The notes under the pieces were generated by a model that was not told where the DNA came from, searched no databases, and saw only the letters and a list, made by a program, of their open reading frames with translations. Below, piece by piece: positions 60,201 to 64,000 of a stretch of 64,000 nt of DNA. Position 1 is the first letter of the stretch. Each line of letters begins with the position of its first letter. The stretch covers positions 11,904,001 through 11,968,000 of the forward strand of contig CM119382.1 of assembly GCA_051294905.1 (NCBI GenBank), given 5' to 3'. A program made the position numbers and the translations under genes. Origin of the DNA: Botryllus schlosseri. Its lineage: Eukaryota.

Positions 60201-63200
60201 CTGTTGACACTCTGTGACGGAACAAACAGCGAATCGATAGCGGAGATGATTGGGCAGTGGTATTGACGTCGTTCCGGAGGTGGGACATCGCGGGAAAAGC
60301 TTGTTTTTCGGGAATTCGCGGATATCATATGACCAAAAACGATTAACAATCGATTCGAGCCCGGAATCGTGCGTGGATTCGCGATAAATCTATCGACATC
60401 CACGCACAAAATTCTGTGACAGAGAGATGAAATGAAATTTTCTGCGCAGTCTGGAATTTCAAACATGCTACCCTGCGCTTAGAGACCTTTGGGCACTTTA
60501 GCAAGCATTATTTGGAATTTTGAGACAACTGTTGGAGAAATAGGCATCATCCCGTGCCAACCATCCGATTGAATGCTCCCCCTCCCCTCCCATTTGGGCC
60601 CAAGGAATTTATATAGTACAGAAACCAAAGTTTAAAAAAATCGCACACCAATTATCGAAAAAAAATGAAAAAAAGTGCTCTGTTCAGTACCTTACAGTGT
60701 ATCCTACAGCGTATCCTATAGTGCAGTATCTGATTGCTGAAAAATATGCCTTCATTTCACTAAGCTCTAACGTCAGACGAAAGGGTGGGGTTCCGAAAGA
60801 CCGTGTGTCGAATAAAATTATCAAATTGAAGGTGCAGGTTGAAGCGAGGTGGGAAAAGCTACCGATATCTCAATTATTCATTTAGAGTGCGACACAAATT
60901 TGATGTAAATTCACAATAAGATTTAAGACTTTCCCGAATTCACCTAAAATAAAAAAATTATTTGACAAAACTTTCGGAATTTATTACATTTTTTATGCTA
61001 GCCCCGTCACAAAAATAGTATAACATTAATATTTCAATGCATTGCGAAACTTTTAAACCTCAAAATCGTGAAAAGCATCTTTCATCAACGAGAATTGTCG
61101 CTGATGCCACCACGCATGCAAGGGCCGCATTGCTAACATGATACTACAATGCCCGACGTGTGACACCAACAGCGTGACGTACATTGGTTGCATGCCGTCT
61201 GCTCGCATTGGTTGCATATTTGCAATGCTTATTTTTTTGACTATACTTCAATTCCTGAACGGCCGAATTTACACATCGTGCAAATCAAATCGAGCAAAAA
61301 TTGCAAGAGCAATGCCAACAGGGCAACAGTACACAATACGTCATAAAGCATGTAAAAGCGCGAATATTTTTAGCACGACAGGTGCAGGAACAGATTCACG
61401 TTAACCACGGCAAGAAGCAGCATGATACCTTATAGGTGTTGGGGCGACATTGCCTGGCTCCCAACTCCGAGACCGTGTGTATACAATTAGGTATACCAAC
61501 TTAGTTGCAAACTATGCGACCACAGTTATTCATCCGTATATAAATTTCTTAGCCCATCGAAATATGGCAACATCGTGGCCCCACGTAAAGATACGGAAAG
61601 CGTCTAAGAAGACTTCCGAAACCAATTTACCACATCGATTTCTCGCCCTCACGCAATCTTAAAAAGCCGGATTCATTCAGACCTAATCCTGAAATTATAG
61701 AGTACGGCACGAAAATACCAAGCTCACTGAAAAGAGCAAAAGCGAGAGGTATTCAATCCAAAACCAAACTCCTACAAGCTACAGAACGCATACGTTTTAT
61801 CTTCCTTTGCTCTTTAGCCGGCCGATCTCCACACGCATTACTGTCGATAGCTCGCGACATGTCCAGCTCCTAAACAGAAGAACATCCTGAGTTTAACACA
61901 CGGTTACGTCAATCGTGCACGGTAAACCTAACGAAAACTCGGGGAAATCCCACAGGGATTTCAAAGGAGAATGCTTTTCTACTAAAACAAAATGCGGGAA
62001 TACGTAACAAATCACGAAATTAGTTAGATTTACGGACTAGTTTGGTGCGCGCTGTTTGGCAGGACGAATCCAGCATCTCTAAACAGACTGCAAACGATAG
62101 CCGTCGCCGATTTTCAACACAGGGTATGGTGCGAATCGGGTGAACGGTACTTTCTGGCACAGAATTTTGCTTTCACACCCATTGATGAAGATTAATCAAG
62201 TACACGAGTTCTTATGGAGATATATCCAGGGGGTCTGTTGTCATCTGCCTCTCCAAAAACACTCAGCAAGGTAGCACACGAAAAGGGAACCTACTGCACC
62301 GCTAACATATATCTCCATAAGGATTGTTGTGACTCGTTATCATCTGCCGGAATTAGCTGATTTAATGACTTGATTATTTGCAAGCTACGCTACAGCTACA
62401 TTTTCCACTCGTGTATCCACACCACAGCTAAGCTTGGCGTCAGCGTAAAATGCAAACGCGAGGACGCACTTTGCGAAAATGCGCTCATATATTCCAAGCC
62501 GTCACAAGTTCAGTCTTGGAATTAGTTATTGCTACTACAGTAATGGAACATAGGCGACACTTTAAGACGCTATAAAAGTATAGGTGAGATACGTCCAAAT
62601 ACTTTGAACCATTAGTGCTTAGTGCTCAGTGCTTACGAAATCAGCCCAATCTATCTCGATTGAGGGTAGGGACATAAAAGTTTTGAATGTTTGTGACGGT
62701 TTAATGTTTCGCGCATATTTGTGTTAAATGATCGTGACAAATTTCGTACAACGAAATGTTAGTTTAAGACTAAACCAACTAAGGAAAATACAAAAGCAAT
62801 GTATAGTAGGCCAAACTGAATTCGACATTCGTAACACGACTGAACTACAATCTCCAGTTGACCCGAGCGTTTCGCTCGTAAAAGCAATATCCATTTAAAC
62901 TATTTGCCAACTCATAAAGTTTGGTATTTTTACAGCAAGAAGCTGCTACGCATATAGAAAGTTGTAGCATGAGAAATATAAAATACACGTGCCAGTACAG
63001 AGTACATGCTAACGCCCGGTTGACAACACAAATCGACGTACGGCGTTACTGACTTGGCAGTCAATAGCCGCTGAGATTCTCACGCAAGCGTTCAGTCGTA
63101 CACTGTAAATAAATGGGCGGAAAATAGCAGCAAATCTACACTTTCTGGTACACAATTTTGCATTCACACCCATCGGTGAATACGAGTAAAATTCATCAAC

Positions 63201-63695
63201 TCTTATAGGGAAACAGAACCCACTACACCCCTGGGATATAGCTTTATAAGGATTGGCGTATTTCACTCGTCTTCATCCATTGCAATCGGCGCGAAAGCAA
63301 AGTTTTGTACCAGACAGTGCTATAGGCCCGGTTTACACTCCATTTCCCACCATCATAGTGTACGGTAAGCTAATGACGGAAAGTTGACAGAAATACAACC
63401 GCAATGGTGATGCGTTGAAAAGCAAAATCATTACACACGCAAAAATTACACACAAAAACAGTTTGCAAGTAGTAATTCGTTCGTGACCAATCACCATCTT
63501 CAAATGTACTATATAATACATAACCAGCAGCTGACATCTGCTCCCTGCTCACATTTTCATGCAAAAGTCGTATACCGTGACGTAAAACCGCGAAAACCGA
63601 AGTACACAGTGTGTATAGTAACACAAACGTAACACAAGTAACCCACGACACACAATACCCACCTCGTGCGAGTCGTTCTCGTCCTCTTGGTGCAT
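131..63695 (-). CDS. MAST: Spliced 5' part of a MAST-family (microtubule-associated Ser/Thr kinase)-like gene, long SAM-containing isoform; continues left of the window
   Basis: Seven exons with AG/GT sites join with phases 0,1,2,2,0,0,1 into an uninterrupted 994-nt frame. The final exon carries SDPEF, RRQLSE and PRRG|S, similar to recalled MAST2 SNPDIF, QRQLSQ and LPRRGS. The kinase domain is not in the window, so the family call is an inference. Confidence 0.7.
1026..1313 (-). CDS. Alternative first coding exon, 96 codons (MFRFSRSVSVDAP...RRSFNEDISA)
   Basis: ATG at 1313; phase-0 donor GCG|GTATTA (moderate); coding-like composition stops at the donor. Confidence 0.65.
4468..4992 (-). CDS. 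Alternative first coding exon, 175 codons (MELDSPLMRTP...SLPIITVTPHG)
   Basis: ATG at 4992; phase-0 donor GGA|GTAAGT; GC-rich, dense in RRxS motifs. Confidence 0.75.
5194..5949 (+). mobile_element. Non-autonomous hAT element (Buster/SPIN-like deletion derivative)
   Basis: TIRs CAGGGGTGGCCAACC / GGTTGGCCGGCCCTG; perfect 8-bp TSD GTGTACAC (5186-5193, 5950-5957); subterminal GCGGGCC motifs; internal remnants WLMDL and LVRLASSQSVPSNFD resemble Buster-type transposase segments. Confidence 0.85.
7905..8100 (-). mobile_element. Second copy of the SINE body, head degenerate
   Basis: GTCGACTACAATGG...CCGACTTGTAGCACGGCCCACTTCT...GAGATGGCGAGGAGGAGCC shared with the 43.5 kb copy. Confidence 0.7.
13209..14264 (-). 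CDS. Alternative first coding exon, 352 codons, Ser/Arg-rich (MSRDRSPKP...RTTPNIF)
   Basis: ATG-started 385-aa ORF in a GC-rich island; phase-0 donor TTC|GTAAGT at 13208 fits the acceptor at 260; second GTAAGT donor (phase 1) at 13258. Confidence 0.75.
14710..16141. mobile_element. Degenerate Buster-like hAT element hosting a foldback insertion
   Basis: Right end AAAAGGTTGGGAACCACTG; GCGGCTC subterminal motifs at both sides; left end degenerate; no convincing TSD. Confidence 0.4.
15417..16075. mobile_element. Foldback/palindromic non-autonomous DNA transposon, copy 1 (659 bp)
   Basis: Near-perfect inverted arms of about 310 bp (GGGCTCTTCAAAAATGAC...GTCATTTTTGAAGTGCCC) around a short AT-rich spacer; flanked by TA, possibly CTAG. 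Confidence 0.9.
20029..20286 (-). CDS. Possible further alternative first exon (MEVHHHYRL...ARRCRCA)
   Basis: ATG plus 86 codons ending at phase-0 GCT|GTATGC; composition only weakly coding-like. Confidence 0.25.
20137..20172. repeat. Exact 18-bp tandem duplication
   Basis: CCGTAACAAACGAGTCGG x2. Confidence 0.9.
20775..20894. mobile_element. hAT MITE right-end fragment
   Basis: GAGGGCCGCGTGCTGGTGACCCCTG followed by ctctacag (NNNTANNN target-like); left end not found. Confidence 0.45.
24245..24535. mobile_element. Palindromic MITE-like element, about 290 bp
   Basis: Inverted arms (TTCATATTGAAAT...GTCAGGGGTAATCGTCA...AGAGAATTGAAAAAGAACATCG and its reverse complement). Arm fragments also occur at about 7635-7715, 20385-20545 and 14447-14468. 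Confidence 0.75.
25593..26104. mobile_element. Foldback element, copy 2 (512 bp, one arm deleted)
   Basis: Same termini and arms as copy 1; flanked by CTAG on both sides; spacer in the opposite orientation. Confidence 0.9.
30520..30740 (-). mobile_element. Older, diverged LINE 3' UTR copy
   Basis: Diverged match to the same core; ATT/ATC-rich tail. Confidence 0.55.
31190..32335. repeat. Degenerate tandem array, about 7 units of 140-185 bp
   Basis: Recurring GCGTCATATCGC, TAGTTTAGAAGGGCG, TTGGAGTATTTGGTTG and GAAGACA; GAAGACA-like anchors at about 31380, 31539, 31679, 31844, 32029 and 32173. Confidence 0.85.
34192..34299 (-). CDS. Exon 6 (phase 0->0), C-terminal half of the SAM-like domain: DEYSVCESRDRVELMRAVASLKEETESRSRGDEARE
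   Basis: Acceptor ggtttcgtgtttcgcag, donor GAA|GTGAGT; 108 nt; supplies the terminal SAM helix (R..L..AV..L). Confidence 0.85.
34845..35458 (+). CDS. Candidate nested three-exon gene or pseudogene, type II membrane/secreted-like protein (about 105 aa)
   Basis: Exons 34845-34945, 35149-35182 and 35276-35458 join in frame across introns 34946-35148 (GTACTT...ctgacag) and 35183-35275 (GTAAGT...cacctttcag). Contains a hydrophobic stretch (LVFRVILELALLILLI) and NST and NDT sequons. The nearest ATG (34844) is 1 nt out of frame. Confidence 0.45.
36176..36299 (-). CDS. Exon 5 (phase 2->0), N-terminal half of a SAM-like domain: (S)ILLSDELHAFLASCGCARLRGVFPLNFTLEQFRALSEDALQ
   Basis: Very strong acceptor ctctcttccacctttcacag, donor CAG|GTGATT; 124 nt; GC3-rich; SAM-like hydrophobic pattern. 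Confidence 0.85.
36685..37060 (-). mobile_element. 3' end of the same LINE family
   Basis: Shared 3' UTR core (GTCGAAACGACTTGGAGTAGTCTTTGAAATCAGACACCC...GGCCTAGGCG on +); remnant peptides KSGNQLF and KYTKYLPRY. Confidence 0.6.
37170..37508. mobile_element. MITE with inverted arrays of a 15-16 bp unit (CATTACCGAGAATGGA)
   Basis: Eight units on the left and four inverted units on the right; termini CGGTT...AACCG flanked by GA on both sides. Confidence 0.7.
39489..39722 (-). CDS. Exon 4 (phase 2->2): (S)ANGSEQSPIFSR...HEMFLHGKRRSSSPKSFSP...HRRSSDISPLHH
   Basis: Acceptor ttgcatcctattctcag, donor AG|GTGAGA; 234 nt; strong GC3 bias in this frame only. Confidence 0.8.
40699..41663 (+). pseudogene. 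hAT transposase pseudogene (BED finger plus N-terminal catalytic region)
   Basis: SEVWKSF...CRHC...SGTTHLATH (BED finger); LTTDMWTD, YMSLTAHY, FVTDDASNI and CACHMLS (hAT DDE and CxxH motifs); stops and frameshifts; C-terminus absent, with a LINE fragment in its place. Confidence 0.9.
41683..41900 (-). mobile_element. LINE 3' UTR with (TGA)n tail, nested inside the hAT transposon
   Basis: (ATC)n on + directly followed by the same 3' UTR core. Confidence 0.65.
43445..43740 (-). mobile_element. tRNA-derived SINE (about 300 bp)
   Basis: Minus strand starts GGCGAGATAGCGTAGTGG (A box) ... GAGTTCGAGTCC (B box); ends in an ACA-rich tail; body shared with 7905-8100. Confidence 0.75.
44568..44819. 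mobile_element. hAT-like MITE of the AAGTAG/CTACTT-rich family
   Basis: Ends CAGAGGTGG / CCATCACTA; flanks agcaacag / atcagcag (6 of 8 match). Related ends occur at about 54905-55051 and 63978-64000, and a GACTCGAGTC-rich hAT-like fragment adjoins at about 44350-44520. Confidence 0.6.
44862..45063 (-). CDS. Exon 3 (phase 1->2): (S)RVTSSPDLSRSIASFHMYRQQQLASGPASGSAPQQSRLNPGSRDPRARHSSFEYSPQSDFNGTLFQ
   Basis: Acceptor gaatgttttttcag, donor AG|GTATGC; 202 nt, GC-rich; links exon 2 and exon 4 phases exactly. Confidence 0.8.
45956..46349. mobile_element. hAT MITE with GGATT(A/T)GGA subterminal repeats
   Basis: TIRs CAGAGATG / TATCTCTG; TSD ACAGATGG / ACAGAAGG (7 of 8 match). Confidence 0.8.
47690..47910 (+). 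mobile_element. Possible decayed L1/Tx1-type ORF2 C-terminal remnant
   Basis: Fragments RAFACGILP and AYLMETARAPPIWFGNQ loosely resemble W.LLHG.LP and LA...IW..RN motifs; many stops. Confidence 0.25.
50004..50085 (-). CDS. Possible orphan or alternative exon (IINFDAFFDVDAFKPHLVVLQHQNMQA)
   Basis: Strong acceptor tttacgcctctttcaactag and a GC3-rich frame, but a weak donor (GTACAA); phase 2->0 in that frame does not fit between exons 2 and 3. Confidence 0.2.
50725..51400 (-). mobile_element. 3' end of an L2/CR1-group LINE
   Basis: Minus strand reads SGKQILF...STFKSKYKQFLPYKY*, typical of the end of ORF2; followed by a 3' UTR shared with three other copies. Confidence 0.6.
50856..51135. mobile_element. 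hAT (Buster/Charlie-type) MITE inserted in a LINE 3' end
   Basis: Ends CAGTGGTTCTCAA / TTTGCGAACAACTG; flanks accttggc and gcccaggc are both variants of GCCTAGGC, the unsplit site seen in the other LINE copies. Confidence 0.75.
52270..52750. repeat. Tandem array, about 3.5 units of 135-145 bp
   Basis: AATATGC anchor at 52308, 52443, 52578 and 52723; shared ATCTAAATATGTGGAAA-TATTTCTAAAGAGCAGAAAAGCCAAC. Confidence 0.85.
60038..60200 (-). CDS. Exon 2 (phase 0->1): PLATLDFSCLSTDSGSPSQSICSSSKATTPSDNGSRSTSPTPFEIFRGFRNRSR
   Basis: Acceptor after gctgtttgttccgtcacagagtgtcaacag, with a second possible AG 11 nt upstream (exon start 60211, phase 1). Strong donor A|GTAAGT; 163 nt. Confidence 0.75.
63663..63695 (-). 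CDS. Candidate exon 1 of the long isoform: MHQEDENDSHE
   Basis: ATG at 63695; donor GAG|GTGGGT in phase 0, compatible with the acceptor at 60200. The frame stays open about 95 codons upstream without an ATG, so the exon could be internal or longer. Confidence 0.5.
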
Positions 63696-64000
63696 AGCGC
63701 ACAACACGGAATAATCGCACGGCACGGAGAAGCAAGTCCTGTACGGTAGCGACGACGGGCGACAGTGACCTCCTGGCTCTGAATATATTTCAAAATTGGA
63801 GCCAGTCTCCGAAGCCGTAACGCGCTGGAAGAATTCATCGCGAAAACTTATGATTACGCGGTAATCGGCGCTTCGAGGAAGGAAGTCTCGACAGCGAAAG
63901 ATAATGAGTAATGTTTTAGTAGCCGAGATTGGAACGGCGACCGCTGATTTGATACTGAATATTTTGGTGCTGTCAATCAGAGGCGGTCAGTAACGAAGTA

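Overview
This is eukaryotic (metazoan, probably invertebrate) genomic DNA: roughly 40% GC by eye, CpG not depleted, GT-AG introns, no prokaryotic features. Almost the whole window is the 5' part of one large minus-strand gene that the ORF track does not show. Seven exons (63695-63663, 60200-60038, 45063-44862, 39722-39489, 36299-36176, 34299-34192, 260-131) join in frame with consistent phases (0,1,2,2,0,0,1) into about 331 codons. The last exon (SDPEF...MRRQLSENN...PRRG|S) resembles the conserved N-terminal motifs of MAST-family kinases as I recall them (SNPDIF...LQRQLSQDD...LPRRGS), so the DUF1908/kinase/PDZ core is predicted left of the window. Two of the exons encode a SAM-like domain, which vertebrate MAST1-4 lack. 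At least three large Ser/Arg-rich alternative first exons (14264-13209, 4992-4468, 1313-1026) lie downstream of the SAM exons and splice in phase 0 to the shared exon, giving SAM-less isoforms. The intron that splits the SAM domain holds a candidate three-exon nested gene on the plus strand. The introns also hold hAT elements and MITEs with 8-bp TSDs, a decayed Hermes/hobo-like transposase, two foldback copies, L2/CR1-group LINE 3' ends, tRNA-SINEs and two degenerate tandem arrays. There are at least 14 perfect CRE octamers. All family assignments come from recalled motifs, not from database searches.
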